DNA of 64,000 bases, taken from assembly GCA_965648915.1 (NCBI GenBank), contig CBFGIV010000005.1:1-64000 (forward strand). The letters run 5' to 3'. Source of the DNA: a candidate division WOR-3 bacterium. GTDB taxonomy: Bacteria > Hydrothermota > Tepidihabitantia > SM23-42 > CAYGYG01. Shown here piece by piece: positions 52,565 through 63,383 of the stretch (the first letter of the stretch is position 1; every line of letters starts with the position of its first letter). A program made the translations under genes and the position numbers. The notes below the pieces were generated by a model. It searched no databases. It was not told where the DNA came from and worked only from the letters and a program-made list of their open reading frames with translations.

Positions 52565-53719
52565 ATGAAGAGAGTTTATTTAGATTATGCAGCAACGACG
52601 CCAACCCATCCTGAAGTAGTAAAGGCAATGATGCCTTATTTTGGTGAAAAATTTGGCAATCCATCGAGCATCCATTCTTTCGGTCAAGAGGCGAAGAAGG
52701 CTATTGAAGATGCACGTAATAGAGTGGCCGCTCTTATTAATGCACAGCCAGAGGAAATATATTTTACCAGTGGTGGAACTGAGGCGGATAATTTTGCCCT
52801 TAAAGGGGTTGCATATGCTTATCAAGAAAAAGGCAGGCACATAATTACATCAGCCATTGAACATCACGCAGTTCTCGAGCCCTGCCATTTTCTCGAGCAA
52901 CAGGGATTTGAGGTATCTTATTTACCGGTCGATCAATATGGAGTTGTTGATCCTGATCGAGTTCTTAAGGAAATCAAGAGAGGGACAATTTTAATTTCAA
53001 TTATGCACGCCAACAATGAGATTGGAACAGTCGAGCCGATAGAGGAAATAGCAGAAAACGCCCGGAAGAGAGGTATCCTCTTCCATACCGATGCGGTTCA
53101 GACTGCGGGGACGATTCGAATCGATGTAAATGATATGAATATCGATCTCCTTTCAATTTCCGCTCATAAGATATATGGACCAAAAGGAGTTGGTGCACTA
53201 TATATTAGAAAGGGAGTAAAGATTGTGCCTTTTTTACAGGGTGGAGGACAGGAGCGGCATAAGCGAGCAAGCACTGAAAATGTACCGGGAATTGTAGGTT
53301 TTGCTCGAGCGGTTGACCTTGCGATTGAAGAGATGGAGGAGAGGAATCGGCATTCAATTAGATTGAGAGACAGGTTGATCAAAGGACTATTTGAAAGGAT
53401 TGAAGGCATCAGACTCAATGGTCATCCGGTAAACCGGCTACCTAATAATGTTAATATCGCAGTTAAAAATATTGAGGGTGAGGCAATGCTGCTCAGACTC
53501 GATCAAGCAGGCATCGCTGCATCGAGTGGTTCGGCCTGCACCTCGGGAAGTCTCGACCCGTCGCATGTCCTGCTTGCCTGTGGACTTCTCCATGAGGAGG
53601 CGCATGGGTCTCTAAGATTTACTGTCGGTCGGTTGACCACTGAGGAGGATATCGATTATCTTGTCGAAGTTCTTCCAAAAATAGTTGAAGATTTGAGGAG
53701 GATATCACCGTTAAAGTAG
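52565..53719 (+). CDS. iscS: Cysteine desulfurase (NifS/IscS)
   Basis: YLDYAATTP, GNPSS, HTDAVQ, SAHKIYGPKG, SSGSACTS. Confidence 0.96.
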   Translation: MKRVYLDYAATTPTHPEVVKAMMPYFGEKFGNPSSIHSFGQEAKKAIEDARNRVAALINAQPEEIYFTSGGTEADNFALKGVAYAYQEKGRHIITSAIEHHAVLEPCHFLEQQGFEVSYLPVDQYGVVDPDRVLKEIKRGTILISIMHANNEIGTVEPIEEIAENARKRGILFHTDAVQTAGTIRIDVNDMNIDLLSISAHKIYGPKGVGALYIRKGVKIVPFLQGGGQERHKRASTENVPGIVGFARAVDLAIEEMEERNRHSIRLRDRLIKGLFERIEGIRLNGHPVNRLPNNVNIAVKNIEGEAMLLRLDQAGIAASSGSACTSGSLDPSHVLLACGLLHEEAHGSLRFTVGRLTTEEDIDYLVEVLPKIVEDLRRISPLK

Positions 53720-53873
53720 TGTTGTAATTGTGAGATAGCAGACCAGGTCACTCTCAGACCTGATTCCCGGACAATTCCATAATTGCTGTAATTCTTGATG
53801 TTTTAGATCTTTGCAAGATAAACTATAAACTATTTCTTGACTTAATTAAAATTCTGATATATAGTTAAAGTCT

Positions 53874-55589
53874 ATGAAGTGGAATAAGTCATTTATTGTA
53901 ACAATGCGTGAAGATCCTAAGGAGGCTGAAAGTAAAAGCCATCGGATTTTGCTCAAAGCAGGATTTGTCCGTCAGCTGGCTTCAGGTATATATTCTTATC
54001 TACCTCTTGCCTGGCGCACACTACTGAAGATAACTGGCATTGTGAGAGAGGAGATGAATCGTATCGGTGGTCAGGAACTTTTGATGCCGGTTCTCTCGCC
54101 ACGTGAGATCTGGGAGGCATCAGGCCGATGGCAGGATTATGGTAATGATATGTTTCGTCTCAAGGATCGCAGGGAGAAAGATTTTGCCCTTTCGCCAACC
54201 CACGAAGAAGTGGTTACATTGTTGGCAGCCAGGGCGATAAGGTCTTATCGAGATTTACCCCAGACCTGGTATCAGATTCAGACAAAATTTCGCGATGAAC
54301 CCAGACCAAGATTTGGGGTGATTCGTGTCCGTCAGTTTATTATGAAGGATTCTTACAGTTTTGATATCGATGACGCCGGACTTGATATAAGTTACAGGAT
54401 GCACTACGAGGCTTACCAGCGGATTTTTAAAAGATGTGGTTTAAACTTCTTCGCCGTACAGGCTTCGGGAGGGATAATGGGAAAAGGTGAATCGAGTGAG
54501 TTTATGGCTCCGGTTCCGGGTGGTGAAAATAGAGTGGTTATATGCGATAAATGCGGGTATAAGGCGAATCTTGATATTGCTTGCTCGGTGGCAGAAAATA
54601 TTCGCTACCCGGACGAATCGTTGCACGAAGTTGCTACGCCTGGTCAAAGGACGGTCGCAGAGGTTTCGACATTTTTGAAAAACGGACCCGAACGACTGGT
54701 AAAGAGTATGGTCTTTGTAAATAATCAGGGATTGTTCCTGATTCTGATTCGCGGTGACTATGAGATCAGTGAGGAGAAATTGAGAAGTAAATTCGGATTT
54801 GAAACCAGACCGGCAACCAATGAAGAGGTCAAAGAAAAATTTGGTGCGGATGTTGGATTTATTGGGCCTCAGAATATTAAAGGGATTAAAATTTATGCGG
54901 ACCAGACCCTGAAAGGAGCCCGGGGGATGATAACCGGTGCCAATAGAAATGACTACCATGTTATCGGCCTGAATCTCGAACGCGATTGCACGGTTGAAGA
55001 ATATATCGACATCAAGATGGTCAAGGAGAATGATCGATGTTCAGTCTGTGATGGATCGCTCAAGATCATTGAGGCTCTTGAACTGGGGCATCTCTTCAAA
55101 CTGGGAACCAAGTATTCTAAACCCTTAAAGGCAAAATATCTTGATCGAGATGGTAATGAACAGTCGCTGGTTATGGGGAGTTACGGTATCGGTGTGGAAA
55201 GAATAATGGCCTGCGCCTGTGAGCAATTGGGCGATGATAATGGTGCAGTCTGGCCGCTCTCGATCGCCCCTTTTGAGACAGCAATTACAACGGTAAATGT
55301 GCACGACCGCGACTGTTATCGGCTGAGTGAGGATCTCTATCAGAGACTGCTACAGAGTGGAGTAGATGTTATCTGGGATGACCGTGATGAGAACCCGGGT
55401 GTGAAGTTTAATGACCGGGATCTTGTCGGTTTCCCAATCGGTATCACAATCGGCCCCCGGGGAATTAAGGAGGGGCGAATAGATGTGGTATTAAGGGGTC
55501 GAGGTGAGAAACTTCAGGTAGCGGTAGATAAGGTTTGTGAAACTGTATTATCGATAAAAGCGAGAGAACTGGAGGCATTGAAACCTTGA
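53874..55589 (+). CDS. proS: Proline--tRNA ligase (with editing insertion)
   Basis: PTHEE, FRDEPRPRFG, MKDSYSF, MGSYGIG. Confidence 0.97.
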   Translation: MKWNKSFIVTMREDPKEAESKSHRILLKAGFVRQLASGIYSYLPLAWRTLLKITGIVREEMNRIGGQELLMPVLSPREIWEASGRWQDYGNDMFRLKDRREKDFALSPTHEEVVTLLAARAIRSYRDLPQTWYQIQTKFRDEPRPRFGVIRVRQFIMKDSYSFDIDDAGLDISYRMHYEAYQRIFKRCGLNFFAVQASGGIMGKGESSEFMAPVPGGENRVVICDKCGYKANLDIACSVAENIRYPDESLHEVATPGQRTVAEVSTFLKNGPERLVKSMVFVNNQGLFLILIRGDYEISEEKLRSKFGFETRPATNEEVKEKFGADVGFIGPQNIKGIKIYADQTLKGARGMITGANRNDYHVIGLNLERDCTVEEYIDIKMVKENDRCSVCDGSLKIIEALELGHLFKLGTKYSKPLKAKYLDRDGNEQSLVMGSYGIGVERIMACACEQLGDDNGAVWPLSIAPFETAITTVNVHDRDCYRLSEDLYQRLLQSGVDVIWDDRDENPGVKFNDRDLVGFPIGITIGPRGIKEGRIDVVLRGRGEKLQVAVDKVCETVLSIKARELEALKP

Positions 55590-56035
55590 ATCCGGAAATC
55601 TTAAAAGTGCTAACAGAGGCAATTGCATCTTTTCCCGGGATTTATCTCTGGGATGCTGAATTTAATGAGCGAACCAGAGTTTTACGGGTTTTTATTGATG
55701 CAGACTCGGGTGTTGATGTTGAAGTGTGTGCCCGGGTGAGTACGGCCATTTCAGAGCGACTGGACGAGATCGACCTTATACCCAATTCTTACCGGTTAGA
55801 AGTCTCTTCACCGGGTATTGAGCGGATTCTCCGGAGGCCTGAGCACTTTAAAACGGTTATTGGCAAGAATGTTAAGTTGATTCTTAACGATCGGGTTCAA
55901 ATTGGCAGATTGGTTTCGGCTGATGAACAAGGGGTAAAAATAACCGGATCCGGGGGCGATGCTTTTTTTAGTTATCATAATATAAAACGGGCAAAGATTT
56001 TTGAGCCAGAATTAATCAAAGGAGTCAGGATATGA
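55586..56035 (+). CDS. rimP: Ribosome maturation factor RimP
   Basis: LRVFID, YRLEVSSPGIER. Confidence 0.95.
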   Translation: MNPEILKVLTEAIASFPGIYLWDAEFNERTRVLRVFIDADSGVDVEVCARVSTAISERLDEIDLIPNSYRLEVSSPGIERILRRPEHFKTVIGKNVKLILNDRVQIGRLVSADEQGVKITGSGGDAFFSYHNIKRAKIFEPELIKGVRI

Positions 56036-57279
56036 GTCAGGATATCCTTGATGCATTGACTCAGATTGCACGCACGCGGGGCGTGAAATATGATTATGTC
56101 ATCGAGTCCTTAAAAGAAGCAATCAAGGCCGGTGCCCGGAAGAAGTTGGGCGAGGACCTTGAGGTTGAAGTGATGGTAAATAAGGCAAGCGGTGAAATTC
56201 GGATATTTATTATCAAGAAGGTGGTGGAAGAGGTAGAGGATGGAACAGTTGAGATTGAACTGAACGAAGCCCGGAAGATAAGACCGAATGTTAAGGTGGA
56301 TGAGGAACTTCGAATTCCGATAAGCCTTGATGATTTAGGTCGAGGTATTATTGAGACCATTAAACAATCACTGGTTCATAAAGTTCGAGAAGCAGAGAAA
56401 GATCGTCTTTATGAGGAGTATCAGAAAAAGGTTGGTGAAATTGTTAAAGGGATTATAAAGGTTGTTGGGCGGAATGAGATAATTGTTGATCTGGGACCGG
56501 TTGAAGGCACGATCCCCAGTTATGGTTTGATAAAGAATGAATATTATCGCCTCGATAGTCCAATCAGGGTAATTGTCCTGAAGGTCGAGAAGGCAACCTT
56601 CGGGCCAAAGATTATCCTGTCAAGGACCGATCCAGCATTTCTGGCAAAACTCCTGCAGATTGAAATACCCGAGATAAGAGAGGGTTTGATTGACGTAGTC
56701 AAAGTTGTTCGATCACCTGGTGTCCGGGCCAAAGTTGCGGTGACCTCAAAAGATCCAACGATTGATCCGGTTGGTGCCTGTATCGGTTTCCGCGGCAGTC
56801 GCATTCAATCCGTGGTTAAGGAACTGGGCAAGGAGAGGATCGATGTTATTCAATGGAGTGATGATCCGTTGATTTTAGTCTCTCGAGGACTTGCCCCGGC
56901 TCAGGTAAAAGAAGTTGTCAAAGTAGATGAGCGTAATGTGCTGGCGATTATTCCGGATGAAGATTATTCCAAGGCGATAGGTAAAGGGGGGGTCAATATT
57001 GATCTTGTATCCCAGTTAGTAGGTTTGCATATCGATTTAAAAAAAGAGAGCGAATATGAGACTGAGAAACAAGAGGCACTACTGGCAAAGATTCCAATTA
57101 AGAGTTTATCCAATATTGATGAGCAATTGAAAAAACAATTTATCGAACGCGGCTATTCAAATGTTCTGGCGGTGCTTAAGGCACCAGTTGATGAGCTGAT
57201 GTTTCTTTTAGGTAAAAGCCGGGAAGAGATAGAAGAACTACTGGAGAAGATAAGCAATGTCAAAGCGCAAGGTTCATGA
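56032..57279 (+). CDS. nusA: Transcription factor NusA
   Basis: S1/KH domains, DPVGACIG.RGSRI, AIGKGG.N. Confidence 0.97.
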   Translation: MSQDILDALTQIARTRGVKYDYVIESLKEAIKAGARKKLGEDLEVEVMVNKASGEIRIFIIKKVVEEVEDGTVEIELNEARKIRPNVKVDEELRIPISLDDLGRGIIETIKQSLVHKVREAEKDRLYEEYQKKVGEIVKGIIKVVGRNEIIVDLGPVEGTIPSYGLIKNEYYRLDSPIRVIVLKVEKATFGPKIILSRTDPAFLAKLLQIEIPEIREGLIDVVKVVRSPGVRAKVAVTSKDPTIDPVGACIGFRGSRIQSVVKELGKERIDVIQWSDDPLILVSRGLAPAQVKEVVKVDERNVLAIIPDEDYSKAIGKGGVNIDLVSQLVGLHIDLKKESEYETEKQEALLAKIPIKSLSNIDEQLKKQFIERGYSNVLAVLKAPVDELMFLLGKSREEIEELLEKISNVKAQGS

Positions 57280-59353
57280 AGTAGCACACGAATTAGGACT
57301 TTCGAGTGCGGCACTCGTGAAGTTGCTCCGTGATCTTAATATTAAAGTGCGTGGACATATGTCAACGATTACCGAAGCCGAGATCGATCTGGTCAAGAAA
57401 AAGATCAGCGAAGAACGGAAACGGGTTAAAGAGGAGTTTACCCGGCGGGTTTCGGATGAGAAGGATCGGGATAAAAAGAAAACACCGATTGATCAGACCA
57501 TGATCAAAAAGACAGTACGTGACACCCTGACCAAGATTGAAAAAGGCGAAGTAAAGAAACGGAGGAAAAAAGAGACCGAAACAAAGGCGGAAGTGAGCGA
57601 AAAGAAAGTAATCAGGGTTCCCGAATTTATCACAATTGCTGAGCTGGCGAGTCTCTTGAAGACCCCACCGACCGAAGTTATCAAGAAGTGTCTGGAGCTC
57701 GGTCTTATCGCTACACTCAATCAACGACTTGATTTTGATACAATTAGCCTGGTCAGTTCGGAATTTGGTTATGAGGCCGAACTGGTTCAACCCGAAGAGT
57801 ATATTAAAAAAGAGGTGGTTCAGGCTGAAGCGCGACCACCGGTTGTGACCGTAATGGGTCATGTCGATCACGGAAAGACGACATTACTGGACGCAATCCG
57901 ACGCACCAAGGTTGCAGAAGAAGAGTACGGACGGATTACCCAGAAGACCGCGGCCTATCGTGTCAACTATCAGAATCGGCTGATCACTTTTCTCGATACA
58001 CCGGGTCACGAGGCATTCACTGCAATGCGGGCACGCGGCGCTCAGGTTACCGATATTGTTGTTCTGGTGGTGGCGGCGGATGACGGAGTGATGCCGCAGA
58101 CGATTGAAGCAATCGACCATGCCAAGGCGGCCAATGTGCCGATAATTGTCTGTGTTAACAAGATTGACCTTCCCAATTCTAATCCCAATCGGGTCAAGAC
58201 CCAGCTTGCCCAGCTCGGTCTGGTTATTGAAGAATTTGGTGGTAAGACACTCTGTGTTGAAGTCTCGGCACTCCAGCGCAAAGGGATTGAAGATTTACTC
58301 GATGCCATTCTCCTGCAGGCCGAGGTTTTGAATCTCAAATCACCTAAGGATTGTCTGGCACGGGGTGTGGTGCTCGATGCTGCTCTCGATCGGCGGCGGG
58401 GGAATGTTGCAACGGTTCTCATTCAACAGGGCATCCTGAAGAAAGGTGACCCATTTGTCTGTGGTGAACACTATGGTCGGGTTCGTGAGATGTTTGACGA
58501 CCGTTTTCAGCGTATTCAGATTGCCGACCCTTCGACTCCAGTTCTGGTCCTGGGTTTTAGTGGTCTGCCGGATGCGGGCGAGATCTTTCTTGCCCAGGAG
58601 AATGAACATACAGCACGCGAGATTGCCCAGAAGAGATACCTCGCCAAGCGAGCCCGGATGCTGGAGCATCATCCTAAGATTACATTGCTTGATCTCCAGG
58701 AGAAGATAAAAAGGGGTGAAGCCAAGGAGTTGAGAGTGATCCTCAAGGCTGATACTTCGAGCTCAGTTGAGGTATTAAGTGAAAAACTGGAAGGACTTTC
58801 GCTTGAAGAAGTCGGGATCAGGATAATTCATAAAGGGGTTGGGACGATAAATATATCAGACATCCTTCTGGCTGAGGTAACTGAGGCGATATGTGTTGGT
58901 TTCCATGTTGGGCCTGACCCCAAGGCGGTTGAGCTGGCGGAAAGAGAAGGGGTGGAGATCAGAACTTACCGGCTCATCTATGAAGCGGTCGATGACCTGA
59001 GAGCAGCGATGGTGGGTCTTTTAGAGCCGGAAATCAAGGAAGTATTGGTTGGTAAACTCGAGGTCAGGAACATCTTTGATATTCCCAAGATCGGGATAAT
59101 TGCCGGATGTTATGTGATAGAGGGTAAGGCGCAGCGTGGAGCGATTGCCAAAGTGATCAGAAACAGTGAGGTCATATCAAAAACCAGGGTTGCATCCCTG
59201 AAAAGATTCAAGGATGATGTCAAAGAGGTGGCCCAGGGGTTTGAGTGCGGAGTTGGATTGGAATCCAAGGATATAAAAGTTGGTGATTTTATCGAGCTCT
59301 ACTCAACTACTGAAGTCTGGTCCGAGGCCTCTGGTGCCTTAAAGCCTACTTAA
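57257..59353 (+). CDS. infB: Translation initiation factor IF-2
   Basis: MGHVDHGKT, DTPGHEAF, NKID, SLKRFKDDVKEV. Confidence 0.98.
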   Translation: MSKRKVHEVAHELGLSSAALVKLLRDLNIKVRGHMSTITEAEIDLVKKKISEERKRVKEEFTRRVSDEKDRDKKKTPIDQTMIKKTVRDTLTKIEKGEVKKRRKKETETKAEVSEKKVIRVPEFITIAELASLLKTPPTEVIKKCLELGLIATLNQRLDFDTISLVSSEFGYEAELVQPEEYIKKEVVQAEARPPVVTVMGHVDHGKTTLLDAIRRTKVAEEEYGRITQKTAAYRVNYQNRLITFLDTPGHEAFTAMRARGAQVTDIVVLVVAADDGVMPQTIEAIDHAKAANVPIIVCVNKIDLPNSNPNRVKTQLAQLGLVIEEFGGKTLCVEVSALQRKGIEDLLDAILLQAEVLNLKSPKDCLARGVVLDAALDRRRGNVATVLIQQGILKKGDPFVCGEHYGRVREMFDDRFQRIQIADPSTPVLVLGFSGLPDAGEIFLAQENEHTAREIAQKRYLAKRARMLEHHPKITLLDLQEKIKRGEAKELRVILKADTSSSVEVLSEKLEGLSLEEVGIRIIHKGVGTINISDILLAEVTEAICVGFHVGPDPKAVELAEREGVEIRTYRLIYEAVDDLRAAMVGLLEPEIKEVLVGKLEVRNIFDIPKIGIIAGCYVIEGKAQRGAIAKVIRNSEVISKTRVASLKRFKDDVKEVAQGFECGVGLESKDIKVGDFIELYSTTEVWSEASGALKPT

Positions 59354-59396
59354 GTTTGATCGGTCGGCGTTGTAAATTGAGAACGAATTTTTAGAA

Positions 59397-59678
59397 ATGA
59401 AGATCGGTACCGGTAAAATAGATCTATATATCGATGGTTGTCAATCACTCAAAGATAAACGCCAGATTATTAAAAGTCTTAAGACCAGGATCCGTAACAA
59501 TTTTAATGTCTCGGTGATTGAATTTGGTGATCAGGATTTATGGCAGAGGTGCAAGATTGGAATCGTTTGCGGTGCATTGGATCGGGCAGGAGCCGATTCG
59601 GTATTAAATAAGGTTGTAGAATTTCTCCAAAGAGAGAAGAGTGTTTCAATCATTGATGTCGAAAAGGAGATTAGATGA
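59397..59678 (+). CDS. DUF503 (YlxP-like) protein
   Basis: SLKDKR, FNVSV.E...QDLWQ; position between infB and rbfA. Confidence 0.92.
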   Translation: MKIGTGKIDLYIDGCQSLKDKRQIIKSLKTRIRNNFNVSVIEFGDQDLWQRCKIGIVCGALDRAGADSVLNKVVEFLQREKSVSIIDVEKEIR

Positions 59679-60010
59679 GGAAGGAACGGGTTGAATCTTT
59701 ACTTAAACGAGAACTGGCATTGATCATCAATCAGAAACTCAGTGATCCCCGGCTGGCAATGATTACCGTTACCGAGGTCCGGTTGAGTAACGACCTGAAG
59801 AATGCCTGGGTCTATATCTCGATGCTCGAGGGTCAGGAAGAGAAACTTAAAGTTATTGAGAATGCCCGGAGCTATATAAAACGTCTCTTGAGTGAAAGGG
59901 TCAGGATGAAATTTATGCCTGAGTTTATTTTTAAGATTGATAACAGTTATGAAGAAGGTGCCAAGATCGATCGCCTGCTGGACGACATTAAAAAAACTGA
60001 TTCAGGATAG
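59675..60010 (+). CDS. rbfA: Ribosome-binding factor A
   Basis: DPRL, VTEV.LS.DL..A, PE..F..D.S. Confidence 0.95.
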   Translation: MRKERVESLLKRELALIINQKLSDPRLAMITVTEVRLSNDLKNAWVYISMLEGQEEKLKVIENARSYIKRLLSERVRMKFMPEFIFKIDNSYEEGAKIDRLLDDIKKTDSG

Positions 60011-60908
60011 CAGTAAGATTCTGATTGTCACGCATCTTGATCCAGACGGTGATGCAGTCTGTTCTCTGCTTGCTTTTAATCTTTTTGTCCGTTCCTTTAA
60101 TAAAATCCCCCAGCTCTTCTGCGCTGATGAAATACCGGAGCGCTACTACTTCCTGCATGGCTGTCGATCGATCCGGAGGACCTTCACCGAACCATACGAT
60201 CTTTTGATTGTCCTTGATACGGCACGGCTCAAACGCATCACCGATGATTTTTTCCCTCGCCACAATCAGATAATAAACATTGATCATCATAAGAGTAATG
60301 ATTACTTCGGGAAGCTGAATATCATTGAACCCCGGGCTTCGTCAACCTGTGAGATAATTTACCGTCTTTTTAAAAAAAATTACTTTCCCATCAACCGGGT
60401 TCTGGCGGAAATTCTCTATTCGGGCATCTTCGCCGAGACTGGTGGTTTTACTTACGCCAATACAACACCGGTTGCCTTTGAGGTGGCAAGCGAACTGGTC
60501 AAAAAGGGCATCTCCCCTTTTCGTATTGCGCAGCATTTAATGTCCCGAAGCGAGGCGGGATTTAAATTGCTTGGTCTGGTACTGGGGACATTGAAGGTAA
60601 GAGACGGTCTCGGGACGATTCATCTTACCCGCAAGATGTTAAAGGCAACAAAAGCGAAGTTGAACGAGAGCGAAAATTTTGTATCTTTGATCCTGACGGT
60701 TCGTGGTGTTAATGTTGCAGTTTTTATCAGGGAGAGTGAAGATGGCCGTTTGAAGGTGAGTCTCAGGTCCGATGGCACAACTGATGTGGACCGGATTGCC
60801 CGGCACTTTGGTGGAGGTGGACATAAGACCGCGGCTGGTTTCAGGACATCAAAATCGCTGGCTCAGATTGAACGAGAAATATATAAGACAATCGCTGTTG
60901 CCCGATAA
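59937..60908 (+). CDS. nrnA: DHH/DHHA1 nanoRNase/pAp phosphatase (start uncertain)
   Basis: H..PDGDA, IDHH, SLRS, GGGGH..AAG. Confidence 0.9.
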   Translation: MITVMKKVPRSIACWTTLKKLIQDSSKILIVTHLDPDGDAVCSLLAFNLFVRSFNKIPQLFCADEIPERYYFLHGCRSIRRTFTEPYDLLIVLDTARLKRITDDFFPRHNQIINIDHHKSNDYFGKLNIIEPRASSTCEIIYRLFKKNYFPINRVLAEILYSGIFAETGGFTYANTTPVAFEVASELVKKGISPFRIAQHLMSRSEAGFKLLGLVLGTLKVRDGLGTIHLTRKMLKATKAKLNESENFVSLILTVRGVNVAVFIRESEDGRLKVSLRSDGTTDVDRIARHFGGGGHKTAAGFRTSKSLAQIEREIYKTIAVAR

Positions 60909-60928
60909 TTATTCCTCTTAGGAGACTG

Positions 60929-61783
60929 ATGGATGGTTTTCTTATAATAAACAAACCAGCCGGTATTACCTCATTCCAGGTGATAAGAAATATTAAATCA
61001 TTCTTCCCGGAGAAAGTTGGTCATGCCGGGACACTCGATCCTTTTGCCACCGGTCTGTTAATCATATTATTCAATGCGTCAACCAAACTTATGCCTTTTA
61101 TTCTTGATTGGGAGAAGGAATATACCGGAACGATCCGTCTCGGTATCAGGACCGACACCTATGATATTACGGGAAAGATAATTGAGACCCGATCGTTGGC
61201 TAAAACCGACTTTAAATTATTGAAAGATATTGCCCGGGATTTTTGCGGGGAGATCCTTCAGATACCCCCTCCTTTTTCGGCATTGAAATATCGAGGCCGA
61301 AAATTTTATGAACTGAGCCGCGCCGGAGAGAAGGTGCCGGAGCGCAGAAGGAAGGTTAGAGTTCACTCTTTTATCATTACGGGCTATGATCCACCGGACC
61401 TCAATTTCCGGGCAGTTGTCGGAAAGGGAACATATCTGCGCTCAATCGCTGATGATTTCGGCCAGAGACTCGGTACCGGTGCTTGCCTTCTGACACTGAG
61501 GAGGGTTAGAATAGGTAGTTTTTGTCTGGATGAAGCAATTGAAGCGCCGGCCAATCTTGGTGAATTCAAGAAGAAGTTGCGACCAACCTCAGAACTTATT
61601 AGAGACTTACCCCGGATTGTAACCGAAGAGTGTGATCTACTGCTGAAGGGTAAGCGTATCCTTAATAGCAGATGTTTTTCTTCCGGACAATTAGTTGCGT
61701 TGACCGATGATACTGGATCGTTTCTGGCAATTGGTGTTGTTGATGGAGAATGGATTAAACCGAAGCGAATTATAACCGCATAA
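60929..61783 (+). CDS. truB: tRNA pseudouridine(55) synthase
   Basis: KVGHAGTLDPFATG, PPPFSA.K, KGTYLRS. Confidence 0.96.
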   Translation: MDGFLIINKPAGITSFQVIRNIKSFFPEKVGHAGTLDPFATGLLIILFNASTKLMPFILDWEKEYTGTIRLGIRTDTYDITGKIIETRSLAKTDFKLLKDIARDFCGEILQIPPPFSALKYRGRKFYELSRAGEKVPERRRKVRVHSFIITGYDPPDLNFRAVVGKGTYLRSIADDFGQRLGTGACLLTLRRVRIGSFCLDEAIEAPANLGEFKKKLRPTSELIRDLPRIVTEECDLLLKGKRILNSRCFSSGQLVALTDDTGSFLAIGVVDGEWIKPKRIITA

Positions 61784-61837
61784 CAGGCATTTTCGAATTA
61801 AAGTTGACTTTTTGGACGGTTGGTATATAATTCAGAT

Positions 61838-62713
61838 ATGAAAAGAAATATAATACCAATCACTTTCTTATTTTGCTGGGCAATGCTCAGTGCCAATGAA
61901 GTAAGGATTGAAACCTTTAATTCAACGTATTACATCGATGATATTGGCCTAGTGCGGAGTGTTGTATCACAGATGATGGTCTATCGGAATCAGATTTATG
62001 GTGACTGGCGGGGCAGTAAGAATGACGGAGCAATTTTTCTCTCACGCAAGGAAAGGTATGGAACCTTTGGCGTAATTGTGAATGAATATGTAACGCTCGG
62101 CTATGGAATGAGTCTTGGCAAATTCGATATCGGTTTAGGCTTTGCACCCCACGGAAAATACTGGATCGGGAGCGCAGGTATCGGACGAACCTTTTTCGCC
62201 CGAAGGTTTGATCTGAGTTCGAATATAAAGATCGGACGGGAAACAAAGAGCAGTATCTACGAGTTTATCCTGAGATTAAAAGGTGAAAAACAGGATTACC
62301 GCTTCATACCGATATATAACCTGAAGATTGTCGATGAGCCAAAGCCGAGTCCAAGCGTCAATTATATGGCTCATAATGTCGGATTTGCCCTGGAACGGTC
62401 ACTGCTTGAAGATGGTATGGTCTTCATAATCGGGCATTGGGAAAAGATGACCGGGGATCTTGATGCAGGTTCGATTCGATGTATTGCTGGAGTTGAGATG
62501 AAGGTGAGCAATAACCTCGGGTTCAGGTTTGGCATAAATGAATCTTTAACTGATGATCTGAAGGAATTCAGGCCGTTAGAATTCAATCCGGGCATTCGGG
62601 TTATGCTTGGTGATTTCGACTTCGACTTCTTTATCAATCAGGACTGGCCGTTTAAGGATAAGCAGCGCCTGCTGGTTGGTGCCGGCATCGATTTTAAGTT
62701 TGATAAATTCTGA
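61838..62713 (+). CDS. Hypothetical exported protein, probable outer-membrane beta-barrel
   Basis: Signal peptide, amphipathic strands, terminal Phe (IDFKFDKF). Confidence 0.65.
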   Translation: MKRNIIPITFLFCWAMLSANEVRIETFNSTYYIDDIGLVRSVVSQMMVYRNQIYGDWRGSKNDGAIFLSRKERYGTFGVIVNEYVTLGYGMSLGKFDIGLGFAPHGKYWIGSAGIGRTFFARRFDLSSNIKIGRETKSSIYEFILRLKGEKQDYRFIPIYNLKIVDEPKPSPSVNYMAHNVGFALERSLLEDGMVFIIGHWEKMTGDLDAGSIRCIAGVEMKVSNNLGFRFGINESLTDDLKEFRPLEFNPGIRVMLGDFDFDFFINQDWPFKDKQRLLVGAGIDFKFDKF

Positions 62714-62741
62714 GACACCGGTTAACTGACAACTTATTTCA

Positions 62742-62814
62742 GGGGGTGTAGCTCAGCTGGGAGAGCGGTGCGTTTGCAACGCACAGGTCGGCGGTTCGAC
62801 TCCGCCCACCTCCA
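62742..62814 (+). tRNA. tRNA-Ala(TGC)
   Basis: GGGGGTG/CACCTCC with G3:U70, GTGCG-TTTGCAA-CGCAC. Confidence 0.96.
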
Positions 62815-62833
62815 TCCTCAGGGGAGGTGTAAA

Positions 62834-63361
62834 TTGTTCCGTGCAACAACGATTCTGGGCATCAGACATAATGGTAAGGTTGTGATCGGAGGTGATGGCC
62901 AGGTTACCTTTGGTGAGACAATAATGAAACACACGGGCAGGAAGATCCGCAGGATATTCAATGACCAGGTTCTGGTTGGATTTGCGGGTTCAACCGCCGA
63001 CGCCTTCACCCTTTTTGAAAGATTTGAAGCAAAGCTCGAAGAATACCGTGGTAATCTGCCGAGGAGTGTTGTCGAACTGGCTAAGGATTGGCGCTCGGAT
63101 CGGGTGCTCCGTCGTCTTGAGGCCCTTCTGGCAATACTCGACCGTGACCATGCCTATATCGTTTCCGGTGCCGGCGATGTGATTGAACCGGACGATGGTA
63201 TTGTGGCGATTGGCTCAGGAGGATCAATTGCCCTGGCCGTTGCCCGGGCATTGATCAAACATTCTAAGTTATCGACTCGAGAAATAGTTGAAGAGGCACT
63301 TAAGATTGTTGCCTCAATCTGTATATATACCAATAATCAGATTTATGTAGAAGAATTGTAA
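62834..63361 (+). CDS. hslV: ATP-dependent protease subunit HslV
   Basis: SD GGAGG + [33 protein letters not shown]. Confidence 0.96.
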   Translation: MFRATTILGIRHNGKVVIGGDGQVTFGETIMKHTGRKIRRIFNDQVLVGFAGSTADAFTLFERFEAKLEEYRGNLPRSVVELAKDWRSDRVLRRLEALLAILDRDHAYIVSGAGDVIEPDDGIVAIGSGGSIALAVARALIKHSKLSTREIVEEALKIVASICIYTNNQIYVEEL

Positions 63362-63383
63362 ACGATGATGGAAAGGAGACCCT

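Noticed and set aside
49740..58672. Long antisense ORFs (205, 172, 169, 126 aa)
   Set aside because: Shadows of conserved genes on the opposite strand with no recognisable motifs
62768..62833. Extended hslV start
   Set aside because: Runs through tRNA-Ala; TTG at 62834 with an SD gives the usual short propeptide before Thr
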